Origin: Eledone cirrhosa
Lineage: Eukaryota
Direction: 5' to 3'
DNA: 64,000 nt
Assembly (NCBI GenBank): GCA_964016885.1
Contig: OZ024764.1
Location: forward strand, 6,758,001 to 6,822,000
How positions within the stretch are numbered: the first letter of the stretch is position 1; the number at the start of each line of letters is the position of its first letter. A program made the position numbers and the translations under genes. This document shows positions 52,386-63,479 of the stretch, piece by piece. The notes beneath the pieces are model-generated. The model was not told the DNA's origin and did no database searches. It saw nothing but the letters and a program-made list of their open reading frames with translations.

Positions 52386-52445
52386 TATTTTATCTGATGA
52401 AAGCATACTATAATTTGGTATCCTTGAAATACGTATAATAAAATA
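52386..52445 (+). ncRNA. Minimal type I hammerhead ribozyme (sense strand of a makorin intron)
   Basis: TATTTTAT-CTGATGA-AAGcATACTA taatt TGGTATcCTT-GAAA-T-ACGT-A-TA-ATAAAATA. Predicted cut after 52437. Confidence 0.82.
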
Positions 52446-52497
52446 AATATGATGATATAGTGATATTTATATTATTAATAATATATATATATATATA

Positions 52498-53763
52498 CTA
52501 GCTGTTTTACCCAGTTTTACCCGGGAGATTTGGTTCACTGAGAAGAATTCAACTTCTTTTCTCCACCAAGAAACCAACAAAAATCACAAAAAGGGAACAC
52601 GAAAAACAAAAAATATTAAGAATAACAAACTGAAATCCTAATAAATTTACTGTCAAATAAGGTTGAAAACATGAAAACCCCAAAAAAAGAAAAAAATTTG
52701 AAATCCCAAAACACAAAACACAAAGAAAGACAAACATAAAAATCAACCAAATTAATAATCACAAACTTATGTGCATTTATTTGCCTTGCAATTAAAATGG
52801 GGCTGGCACAGAAGCGAAGATCGACATGAAGTCGAACCATGTATGGCACGGAAAAGAGGCTGGCAATGAAGAGCGTTATCTTTGTAGAGCCTCTTGGTAG
52901 ACAACATTCTTAACTTCTCTTTTTGTTGAGTAAATGAAGAGTCCCCGCGGACTTCCTACTCGGGAACATCCAACGTACAGTTGGCCATGTGAGAATACCT
53001 GTTCACTCAGATTCAGTCCAACCACTTGCATCGATTGTCCCTGTTCCTTGTTGATGGTCATGGCAAAGCTGAGTTTGATGGGATATTGCAACCGCGTAAA
53101 TTCATTGACGACGTCAGATGGACTGAGTTGCACTGGGGGGGGGGGGGGGGGGATTAGAACGTCTGTGCCAGCAGCTGGTCCATTCAAGATTGTCGCAACC
53201 AGAATTTTGGAGTTTAACGATTTGATGATCATTCGTGTTCCGTTGCACATTGTTGGAGAGTCCAAGTTCCTTAGCATCGTAACCGGCGCACCAACTTTTA
53301 GCTGCAGGTCGTGAGGCGGAAGTCCAGGAGGTGTTTGACTGTTGAGGAATTCAGTGGTAAACATTGTGGCATCCTCAGCATTTTTGTTGGTGTCAATAGA
53401 CTTAAATGAAGCTGTATTCCCTGGAAGCTGATCGAAGAGCTTTATTAATTTGAATGTGTTGTTTATGCAGTAGAAGTCTGCTTAGAACGCGCACAACATC
53501 AAATCTCGTAATCGAGCGTTCACAATACTCACGTGACGTTGAAAGTCGGCTTTCCCTTTGGCGAGCTGTTTCATGGGAAATTCCTGTTTCATCGATTTTC
53601 TCCGTAACCATGGAAGCTTGTAGCTTGAAAGTCGACCCAACGCCTCCTCGGGTCATTCTGCATAACTGTGTAAATTTTCGCTGCATTCCACCAAACCGTT
53701 TCAACGTTTATCCGACTACACCTACATATACAACATCCGACCACTTCCAATTTATATAGGAGA
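52498..53763 (-). mobile_element. Internally deleted Helitron with a PIF1 helicase C-terminal fragment
   Basis: Minus strand A|TC...CCCGGGTAAAACTGGG hairpin..CTAG|T. ORF 52876-53364 has LKVGAPVTMLRNL, CNGTR, QYPIKLSFAMTINK.QGQS and FSHGQLYVGCSRV. Confidence 0.92.
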
Positions 53764-53767
53764 TATA

Positions 53768-54166
53768 CAGTAAAACCTCACAGTATAAGTCCCCCATTGT
53801 ACCAGTAATTTGCTGTACAAGCTGAGGCTCTTGCAAATTTTTGTCTTATAGTACAAGTGGAAATCCACAGTATGAGAGAGTTTCATACAAGTGACCTCTA
53901 GTCAGGGCTGAGCTCACATATGCTCTCCCAACAAACTCAGCTTCCCCTCTCTGTTTACCTGTTTATCTCAGGGCAACATCCCTATTGTGTGTTCCCAGTG
54001 TTTTCTTTTTAGTTTTGTGCATTTTTTGCTATTATTTTATAATAACTGCACCTTTTCTGTTTGAAAACCCATAAAAAATGGAATGGATTATTTATATTCT
54101 AATTAATTTCAATGAGGGAAACAAGCTCGGTCGTGGAATGAATTAAACTCATACTGTGAGGTATCA

Positions 54167-54169
<3 letters not shown>
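53768..54169. mobile_element. pogo/Tigger-like MITE
   Basis: TIRs CAGTAAAACCTCACAGTAT / ATACTGTGAGGTATCACTG flanked by TA. Confidence 0.8.
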
Positions 54170-54206
<37 letters not shown>

Positions 54207-54261
54207 ATAATAAATGTGACGACTAAAATCTGAAGAGGGCTCGATAAGGATTATATATATT

Positions 54262-55268
54262 CATCATCATCATCATCATCATTTTACGTCTACTCTTCCC
54301 TGCTTGCAAAGATGGGACGGGTCTTATTCAGCAAAGCTTGTCGCCACTCGTCACGGTCCTTCGTCATCTCCACCGTGAGCTTCAGCGATCTGAGGTCTGT
54401 TCTCACCACCTCCGCCCATGTTTTTCGTGGTCTACCTCTACCACATCTTCCTTCAACTGGCATTTCCTGGCACTTCTTCACCCATCGGTCATGCTCCATG
54501 CGCATCACATGTCTATACCACCTCAGTCTCCTCTCTCGTACACTACATTCTATCCCTCTCAGACACAGTTTCTCTCTCAACACATCCATGCTGGGTCGTT
54601 CACGCACATTGACATTGCACATTCAACGGAGCATGCTTGCCTCATTTCTCTCCAGCCGTCGCATATCCTCTGCAGTTGCTGCCCATGTCTCACTACCATG
54701 CAGCATCGCGCTCCTCACACAGGCATCATACAACCGACCTTTGGTACGCAGGGAGAAACCCTTCTTCGTCAGCAGAGGAAGTAGCTCCCTAAACTTCTTC
54801 CAACCCGTCCTTATTTTAGATACTATGGCCTCGGAACACCCCCTCCCATGCTAATCTGATCTCCTAGGTACCAGAAGCTATCCACCACTTCTATAGCACC
54901 CGCCTGCATTTGAAAAATGTGTCTATCAATGCGACTTCTACTGTCTAATTTCCCTGTACATCTACTGCATACATATTTCTCCCTACCTGTTAGTTTGCCT
55001 GCTATCCCACTACATCTCTTGTGTACCCAGGATCTGCATTGTGTGCATTTTATAGAATTTATGCCAGTTCGTTTTCTGCATATCGAACATGGCCATTTCC
55101 CTGACTGAATCAGAGTTTTGTCCTCTTTTCTACTCATCAACACTTTCGTCTTAGCTAGGTTCACTCTCAGTCCTTTTGCTTCCAACTGCTGTTTCCATAG
55201 CCAGAATTTATTCTCTAGCTCCTCTACTGATTCTGCTATAAGAACCAGATCGTCAGCATAGAGAAGTT
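54262..55268 (-). mobile_element. 5'-truncated RTE-like LINE (PHD family)
   Basis: YADDL, GKWPCSICRK..CTQCRSWVHKRC, HGSETWA, RLRWYRHVMR, RGRPRKTW; (ATG)n tail. Confidence 0.9.
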
Positions 55269-55320
55269 ATATATATATATACATATATATATATACATAT
55301 ATATATATATACATATATAT

Positions 55321-55465
55321 AACAAAGAAAGTGTGGTAAGAAACCAGATGGACCATAACGCACCAAAGTACTCGACACTTAGGGTAGTAGAGTGGGTAAC
55401 AGGAAAAGAGTCAGGACCCCGACGGATCTAGCTGTTGATCCGTTGGGGTCCTGACTCTTTTCCTA
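55321..55465. repeat. Fold-back element related to 5160-5358
   Basis: AGGAAAAGAGTCAGGACCCCGACGGATC-loop-GATCCGTTGGGGTCCTGACTCTTTTCCT. The flank matches the reverse complement of 5280-5358. Confidence 0.8.
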
Positions 55466-56083
55466 TATATATAAACCTGTAGAGCAAATATTTATTATAA
55501 GAACAGATTAAAGTTTAAGCAAAGAAACAGTTTCAGAAGATCCCGTTAATCTTGAAAGCAGCGATTCTTTGCTTAAACTTTAATCTGTTATAATAAATAT
55601 TTATTTGTATGCCAACACAAGAGTGAGAATGAGGGGCTCATTCTACTGACATGTCTTACAAAAGAGGCTGTTTGCATAATTGCAAATGAATCGAATATTA
55701 CTATTATTATTAAAAAAACTCAGATTACATTTATTGTATTCAGCCATGTAGTGATAACTAGTTATATATATGTACCCTTGGGTACAAGCTGAAGCATATA
55801 GACAATATGCCCCCACACCCCCCACCGCAAGGTGGTTGTGGAGGTGCCACGGCAAAAAAGCACCCAGCCCACACTGTAAAGTGGACGTGGAGGTGCCAAG
55901 GAAAAAAAGCACCCAGCACTCACTGTAAATGAGGTTGGTGTTAGGAAGGGCATCCAGCTGTAGAAATCAAGCCAGAATCAGTTCCCGTCCCACCCTTGCA
56001 AGCAGGGAAAAGCGGATGTATGATGATGATGATGATGAATGAAATGATATATATATACACATGTTTTTTCTGTCCATTAACAG

Positions 56084-56418
56084 ACCTCACCTATGCACAA
56101 GCCCTCCATGTGGAAGCAGCAGGAGCTCTATCTTCATCACCACAACAACAACAACAACAACAACAACAACCCCTCCAGTCGTTAGAACCCAGCACCTCAG
56201 AAGCTGCTGACCCTGAGGACTGTTCAGCTCCAGAATACACGCCCAAGTTTGACTATCCTGACCCCGTCTTTCAGAAGAAGTTGCTCTGCCCCTATCTCGA
56301 GCATGGGGCCTGCCCTGACATGGACAACTGTTGTTATTTACACGGGGACCTCTGTGAGATGTGCCAGACTAACGTCTTACATCCAACAGACATGGAGCAA
56401 AGGAAGAAACACGAAGAG
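56084..56418 (+). CDS. MKRN: Makorin coding exon 4 (polyQ, CCCH finger 3, makorin Cys-His motif)
   Basis: LLCPYLEHGACPDMDNCCYLHGDLCEMCQTNVLHPTDMEQRKKHEE. taacag acceptor (phase 1), GAG|gtgagt donor. Confidence 0.93.
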
Positions 56419-56454
56419 GTGAGTTTCGCTACTCTTTCTGCCATCTTCAGTATC

Positions 56455-56504
<50 letters not shown>

Positions 56505-57223
56505 CATCACCACCACTACTACCACCACCACCACTACTACTACCACCACCACCACCACTACTACTACCACCACCACTGCTATCACCACTACCACCACCAC
56601 TACTACTACCACCACCACTGCTATCACCACTACCACCACCACTACTACTACCACCACCACTGCTATCACCACTACTACCACCAATACTATCACCACCACC
56701 ACCACCAATACTGTCACCGCTACTACCACTACCGCCACCACCACCACCAATACTATCATCACTACTACTACCACCACCACCACCACCAATACTATCACCA
56801 CTATCATCACTACCACCAGCACCACCACCAATACTATCACCACTACTACCACCAGCACCACCACTAATGCTATCACTACTACCACCACCACCAATACTAT
56901 CACCACTACTACCACCAGCACCACCACCAATACTATCACCACTACTACCACCAGCACCACCACTAATGCTATCACTACTATCACCACTACTACCACCAGC
57001 ACCACCACTAATGCTATCACTACCACCACTACTACCACCAGCACCACCACTAATGCTATCACTACCACCACCACCACCAATACTATCACTACTACCACCA
57101 GCACCACCACTAATGTTATCACTACTACCACCACCACCACCACCAATACTATCACCACTACCACCACCACCAATACTATCACCACTACCACCACCACCAA
57201 TACTATCACCACTACTGTTGCAG

Positions 57224-57432
57224 GAATGTGTCCGAAAGCTGGAGGAGAACATGGAGTATTCGTTCCTGATAGCCGGAAGTGAGGGCAAGGAGTGTACCAT
57301 TTGTATGGAGACAGTCCTTGATAAGAAACCTCCAGACAACCGTTTCGGTTTGCTGTCCAATTGTAACCACACCTTCTGCCTGTCCTGTATTCGCAAATGG
57401 AGAGCTTGCAACCTCGAAAAAGATGTTATAAG
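57224..57432 (+). CDS. MKRN: Makorin coding exon 5 (C3HC4 RING, incomplete)
   Basis: ECVRKLEENMEYSFLIAGSEGKECTICMETVLDKKPPDNRFGLLSNCNHTFCLSCIRKWR...KDVI(R). ttgcag acceptor, AG|gtgaaa donor. Downstream exons not found. Confidence 0.94.
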
Positions 57433-57743
57433 GTGAAATATTTACAGTTATTCTCCTCCCGGAACTTAGATTTTTTTTTTTATATATACCGTATATGCCA
57501 GCGTACAAGTTTACATTTGGAGCCTAAAAATATCTCTCCAAAACCAGGGGTCGACTTGTCTGCTGAATATAGTATGTTACCTTTACCACTGAGGGGTAAA
57601 CAGTGAAACTGCCTGCCTAACACTTGTTGTACACCACTTACCATAACTCTAGCAACCCACCACATTTATTTCTACTGAATCTCATATTTGTTAAGTTTAA
57701 CGTAGAGATTATAGTAATATCAATGTCTTGCTGTAGCTTATAG

Positions 57744-58206
57744 TGTAGGTTACCATAGGGTAGGTTACTGTAGGGTAGGATACTGTCTGGTAGGTTACCA
57801 TAGGGTAGGTTACTGTAGCGTAGGTTACCATAGGGCAGGTTACTGTAGGGTAGGATACTGTCTGGTAGGTTACTGTAGGTTAGGTTAGGTTACCATAGGT
57901 TAGTTTAGGTTACTGTAGGATAGGTTAGGTTACCATAGGGTAGGTTACTGTAGGGTAGGTTACCATATGGCAGGTTACTGTAGGGTAGGTTACTATAGGT
58001 TAGGTTACCATAGGGTAGGTTACTGTAGAGTAGGTTACTATAGGGTAGGTTACCGTAGGTTAGGTTACCATAGGGTAGGTTACTGTAGGGTAGGTTACCA
58101 TAGGGTAGGTTACTGTAGGATAGGTTAGGTTACCATAGGGTAGGTTACTGTAGGGTAAGTTAGGTTACCGTAGGGTAGGTTACTGTAGGGTAGGTTACCA
58201 TAGGTT
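57744..58206. repeat. 15 bp G-rich minisatellite
   Basis: TAGGTTACTGTAGGG / TAGGTTACCATAGGG alternating, with TTAGG inserts. Confidence 0.9.
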
Positions 58207-58450
58207 CATTAAGGCTAGACTGGTTTACTCAGTGAGTTAGAACTTACGTGCGACTGAAATATTTTAGAACAAGTGTCTTAGCCTTTAGTGCGGCACTAAA
58301 TTTTTTGAATTATTTCCCCTGCAACTGCCTTACTTTGGGGGTCGTCTTATCCAGTGAATATAGCCCTAAACCTGAATTTCAGGGTCGACCTAAGTGTAAC
58401 CTCAACAAAGATTTTGCAGTTATTATTCCCCTCCTGGGACATAGGTCTTT

Positions 58451-58768
58451 TAACTTCAAAGTTATGAACTGTTGGAAAGGAGTTGATAACTTTGAAGTTA
58501 TGAACTGTTGGAAAGGAGTTCACAACTTTGAAGTTATGGACTGTTGGAAAGGAGTTCATAACTTTGAAGTTATAGACTGTTGGAAAGGAGTTCATAACTT
58601 TGAAGTTATGAACTGTTGCAAAGGAGTTCATAACTTTGAAGTTATAGACTGTTGGAAAGGAGTTGATAACTTTGAAGTTATGAACTGTTGGAAAGGAGTT
58701 GATAACTTTGAAGTTATGAACTGTTGGAAAGGAGTTGATAACTTTGAAGTTATGAACTGTTGGAAAGT
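58451..58768. repeat. 36 bp minisatellite (about 9 units)
   Basis: AACTTTGAAGTTATGAACTGTTGGAAAGGAGTTCAT. Confidence 0.95.
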
Positions 58769-59160
58769 TCAAACATGTTAGGACAAGTTATCTCTTCTAC
58801 AGCACTGAAGAGGTTAAATATCCACATGTTACACTAGCTGTTTCTAGTTCTGGTGTTATTACTATTTTGGTCTGCATTTCATATCCATAGATTACTCAAT
58901 GATAATGTCATTAATCCTTTAGTTACCAACGCAGCCAAAACCAGCCCTGGTTCTGTGAAATAAAACCTCCCATTTTAAAGGTTTCCAATTTAAATTAAAA
59001 TCTTTCAATATAATTTTATATAAGAACCTTAAATTAAGTTACTATCTTAGTAATGAAATAATTAATAATTTTAGTAAATCCCTCAAAATTCTTCATTAAT
59101 TAATTAAAATAGTGTATTTTGGTAGAAATGCTGTCACGAAAGGGTTAACTTCTGTGTAGC

Positions 59161-59726
59161 TTAACCCTTTAGCATTCAAACCAGCCATATCCGGCCAGAA
59201 TTCTCTCACTTCTTTCTATTCAAACCAGCTGTAACAGGCTTCTCATATTGATGTTAAGGTCTTGTTCTCAAAATAGATATCAAAATCTCATAAATTCGAT
59301 ATTATGTGAGATAAAGCCTTTGCTGAAAATAGTATATATAGAGTAATGTAAATGTTATGTGAGATATTATGTGAGGTAAAGGCTTTACTGTGAAAATACA
59401 ATAGTATATATAGAGTAATGTAAATGTTATGTGAGATATTATGTGAGGTAAAGCCTTTACTGTGACAATACAATAGTATATATAGAGTAATGTAAATGTT
59501 ATGTGAGGTATTATGTGAGGTAAAGCCTTTACTGTAACAATATAATAGTATATATAGAGTAATGTAAATGTTATGTGAGGTATTATGTGAGGTAAAGCCT
59601 TTACTGTGAAAATACAATAGTATATATAGAGTAATGTAAATGTTATGTGAGGTATTATGTGAGGTAAAGCCTTTACTGTAACAATATAATAGTATATATA
59701 GAGTAATGTAAATGCTAAAGAGTTAA
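59161..59726. mobile_element. TTAA-flanked (piggyBac-like) MITE containing the 72 bp repeat
   Basis: TTAACCCTTTAGCATT ... AATGCTAAAGAGTTAA termini. Inverted partial copy at 46310-46628. Confidence 0.8.
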
Positions 59727-59927
59727 ACTCCAAAAGAGGCAGTGTTTTCTCCCTTACATTACATTACAGAGTTTGTCCTTTTTTTTTAATGGAATTTCTG
59801 AGTGTGGTCTTTTGTGGTACAGGAAGTTAAGAGTTACCGTATACACTCGAATATAAGTCTAGAAATATTGATCAAAGTATTGTAAAATTGGGGTGGGTTG
59901 GCTTATATTTCCCATCTAAACATAATG

Positions 59928-61640
59928 TACCGGTCGCTCTCCGACAGGTTTGTGGTCGTGCCCTTTGCAGTGGAGACTTCTGATGTCCTTGACCCTAGGG
60001 CTACCTCCTTACTTACCACCATAGGCACAGACCTAGCTACCTGTAGCAGTGGAGACTTCTGATGTCCTTGACCCTAGGGCTACCTCCCTACTTACCACCA
60101 TTGGTACAGAGCTGGCTACCTGTAGCAGTGGAGACTTCAGGTGTCCTTGGCCCTAGGGCTACCTCCCTACTTACCACCATAGGTACAGACCTGTCTACCT
60201 GTAGCAGTGGAGACTTCTGGTGTCCTTGGCCCTAGGGCTACCTCCTTACTCACCACCATAGGTACAGACCTAGCTACCTGTAGCAGTGGAGACTTCTGGT
60301 GTCCTTGGCCCTAGGGCTACCTCCCTACTCACCACTATAGGCACAGACCTAGCTACCTGTAGCAGTGGAGACTTCTGGTGTCCTTGGCCCTAGGGCTACC
60401 TCCCTACTCACCACCATAGGCACAGACCTAGCTACCTGTAGCAGTGGAGACTTCTGGTGTCCTTGGCCCTAGGGCTACCTCCCTACTCACCACCATAGGC
60501 ACAGACCTAGCTACCTGTAGCAGTGGAGACTTCTGGTGTCCTTGGCCCTAGGGCTACCTCCCTACTCACCACCATAGGTACAGACCTAGCTACCTGTAGC
60601 AGTGGAGACTTCTGGTGTCCTTGGCCCTAGGGCTACCTCCCTCTTACCACCATAGGTACAGACCTGGCTACCTGTAGCAGTGGAGACTTCTGGTGTACTT
60701 GGCCCCAGGGCTACCTCCCTACTCACCACCATAGATACAGACCTGGCTACCTGTAGCAGTGGAGACTTCTGGTGTCCTTGGCCCTAGGGCTACCTCCCTA
60801 CTCACCACCATAGGTACAGACCTGGCTACCTGTAGCAGTGGAGACTTCTGGTGTCCTTGGCCCTAGGGCTACCTCCCTACTTACCACCATAGGCACAGAC
60901 CTGGCTACCTGTAGCAGTGGAGACTTCTGGTGTCCTTGGCCCTAGGGCTACCTCCCTACTTACTACCATAGGCACAGACCTAGCTACCTGTAGCAGTGGA
61001 GACTTCTGGTGTCCTTGGCCCTAGGGCTACCTCCCTACTTACCACCATAGGCACAGACCTGGCTACCTGTAGCAGTGGAGACTTCTGGTGTCCTTGGCCC
61101 TAGGGCTACCTCCCTACTTACCACCATAGGCACAGACCTGGCTACCTGTAGCAGTGGAGACTTCTGGTGTCCTTGGCCCTAGGGCTACCTCCTTACTTAC
61201 TACCATAGGCACAGACCTAGCTACCTGTAGTAGTGGAGACTTCTGGTGTCCTTGGCCCTAGGGCTACCTCCCTACTTACCACCATAGGCACAGACCTGGC
61301 TACCTGTAGTAGTGGAGACTTCTGGTGTCCTTGGCCCTAGGGCTACCTCTCTACTTACCACCATAGGCACAGACCTGGCTACCTGTAGCAGTGGAGACTT
61401 CTGGTGTCCTTGGCCCTAGGGCTACCTCCCTACTTACCACCATAGGCACAGACCTAGCTACCTGTAGCAGTGGAGACTTCTGGTGTCCTTGGCCCTAGGG
61501 CTACCTCCCTACTCACCACCATAGCCCCTGAGCTGGCCAGCCGCAGGTATGAGCCTCGCGAGATGGAATGACTCTTCCAGCACATCTCCCTTACCATCCT
61601 CCGGGGAAACACCTTCTCCATTCTGTTCACCGGGGCTGTG
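59928..61640 (+). mobile_element. CRE-like non-LTR retrotransposon C-terminal (RLE) fragment expanded into a 79 bp satellite (about 20 units)
   Basis: YRSLSDRFVVVPFAVETSDVLDPRATSLLTTIG [79 bp x about 20] ...RRYEPREME*LFQHISLTILRGNTFSIL. Confidence 0.8.
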
Positions 61641-62137
61641 GGGAGGCCAGCACGTGGCACCCAATTTACTCACTATTCAGAAAGATGGGGAGGGAGAGAG
61701 AGATAGAGGTGATGACAGTGGGACTTCGGCTCTTCCACGTTCGGACACATTGCACCTGTCGTGATAATTTTCTAGAAATATAAAGAAAAATTCTGACATG
61801 ACTAATGTATTGAGTAGCTAACTGGGACTTATACCATTTCTCAGACATAAAACAAGGGATGGTTTATATTTGAGTACAGTACAGTTGTAATGTGGTTTGT
61901 ATTAGGAAAAACATCCAGCTGTAAAAACCAAGCCAGAAAACGTTTGCTTATGTATAATAGAACCCTGGCCCTTCCTTTTTTTTCTTATTATTATTGTTTG
62001 AAATTTAGGGAACTATATTCGCAATTGTGGGGTTCTGAGTTCGATCCCTGGACTGAGCAATTTGTTATGTCCCTGAACAAGACATTTTATTTCAGTTTAC
62101 TCTATCTGGATAGAGTTGTAATCAGTAGATAGTATTG

Positions 62138-62497
62138 TTTCTTCTGTCAGGAGTTGTGACTGACAGATAGTATCAGTAATGGAAAGACCAATGGAGACAT
62201 TGTTTCCTTGGTCTGATCTGATGATCAGCTCCTTTCTTCTGCCAGGAGTTGTGACTGACAGATAGTATCAGTAATGGAAATACCAATGGAGACATTGTTT
62301 CCTTGGTCTGATCTGATGATCAGCTCCTTTCTTCTGTCAGGAGTTGTGACTGACAGATAGTATCAGTAATGGAAAGACCAATGGAAACATTGTTTCCTTG
62401 GTCTGATCTGATGATCAGCTCCTTTCTTTTGCCAGGAATTGTGACTGACAGATAGTATCAGTAATGGAAATACCAATGGAGACATTGTTTCCTTGGA
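62138..62497. repeat. 95 bp tandem repeat (about 3.8 units)
   Basis: GAGTTGTGAC recurs at 62151, 62246, 62341 and (as a variant) 62436. Confidence 0.9.
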
Positions 62498-62648
62498 CCA
62501 ATCAGATGAAGTTCCACCCCAGTCAATAAGCGATTAAGGTCTGGGATTTTGTCAATTCGGATCATTTATTTTTTTATTTACAGTAATTAAATTAGAGTTT
62601 AATTAACTAAAAGAAAAGGGAGAAATGACACAACAACAGACCAGATTG

Positions 62649-62902
62649 ACTAATATAATGGACTTTGTCATGTTACTAATATAGACTTTGTCATGTTACT
62701 AATATAGACTTTGTCATGCTACTAATATAATCTTTGTCATGCTACTAATATAATGGACTTTGTCATGTTACTAATATAGACTTTGTCATGTTACTAATAT
62801 AGACTTTGTCATGTTACTAATATAGACTTTGTCATGTTACTAATATAGACTTTGTCATGCTACTAATATAATGGACTTTGTCATGTTACTAATATAGACT
62901 TT
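62649..62902. repeat. 23 bp minisatellite
   Basis: ACTAATATAGACTTTGTCATGTT. Confidence 0.95.
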
Positions 62903-62909
62903 CTGCTAG

Positions 62910-63195
62910 CATGTGTAGTGTGCATATTGATATTATAAGCAAGTATATATACATGTAGATATGATACATGTGTAGTGTGTATATTGATATTATACACAAG
63001 TATATATACATGTAAATATGATACATGTGTAGTGTGTATATTGATATTATAAGCAAGTATATATACATGTAGATATGATACATGTGTAGTGTGCATATTG
63101 ATATTATAAGCAAGTATATATACATGTAGATATGATACATGTGTAGTGTGCATATTGATATTATACACAAGTATACATACATGTAGATATGATAC
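62910..63195. repeat. 57 bp tandem repeat (5 units) within a dispersed element copy
   Basis: The unit is present once at about 10182-10240. Confidence 0.9.
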
Positions 63196-63479
63196 GTCAA
63201 ATGAAATCATAATTGACAATATGCACAGAAGTTGAAGAGAGACTGTGTTACACTGTCTTATGTAATCAGTAAAGTAATCCATGATACATTTAAAAAAGAC
63301 GATATTATATATAAACTGCATTACGGGGAAAATTAGTGATGGAAATATAAACCTTATATGATGTAAATATATGAATGTTTATATAAGCGATGTAATAAGT
63401 GTTATGATATAACGGACGTTAACCGGAAGTGTTAACATTTGAAAATTTTAAAAGAAGTGAATGTTAAAATAAACAATCA

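Noticed and set aside
52876-53364. Host PIF1 helicase gene
   Set aside because: It is only a C-terminal fragment enclosed by Helitron termini within a makorin intron.
54225-54255. Hammerhead at CTGAAGAGGGCTCG
   Set aside because: No GAAA or stem I partner is visible; at best it is truncated.
59770-59830. Next makorin exon (ttacag|A GTT TGT CCT gives R-V-C-P)
   Set aside because: It continues FFLMEF with no second Cys of the CPxC pair, so it cannot complete the RING.
62151-62163. Next makorin exon (R-S-C-D-stop)
   Set aside because: Immediate stop codon, and it lies in a tandem repeat unit.
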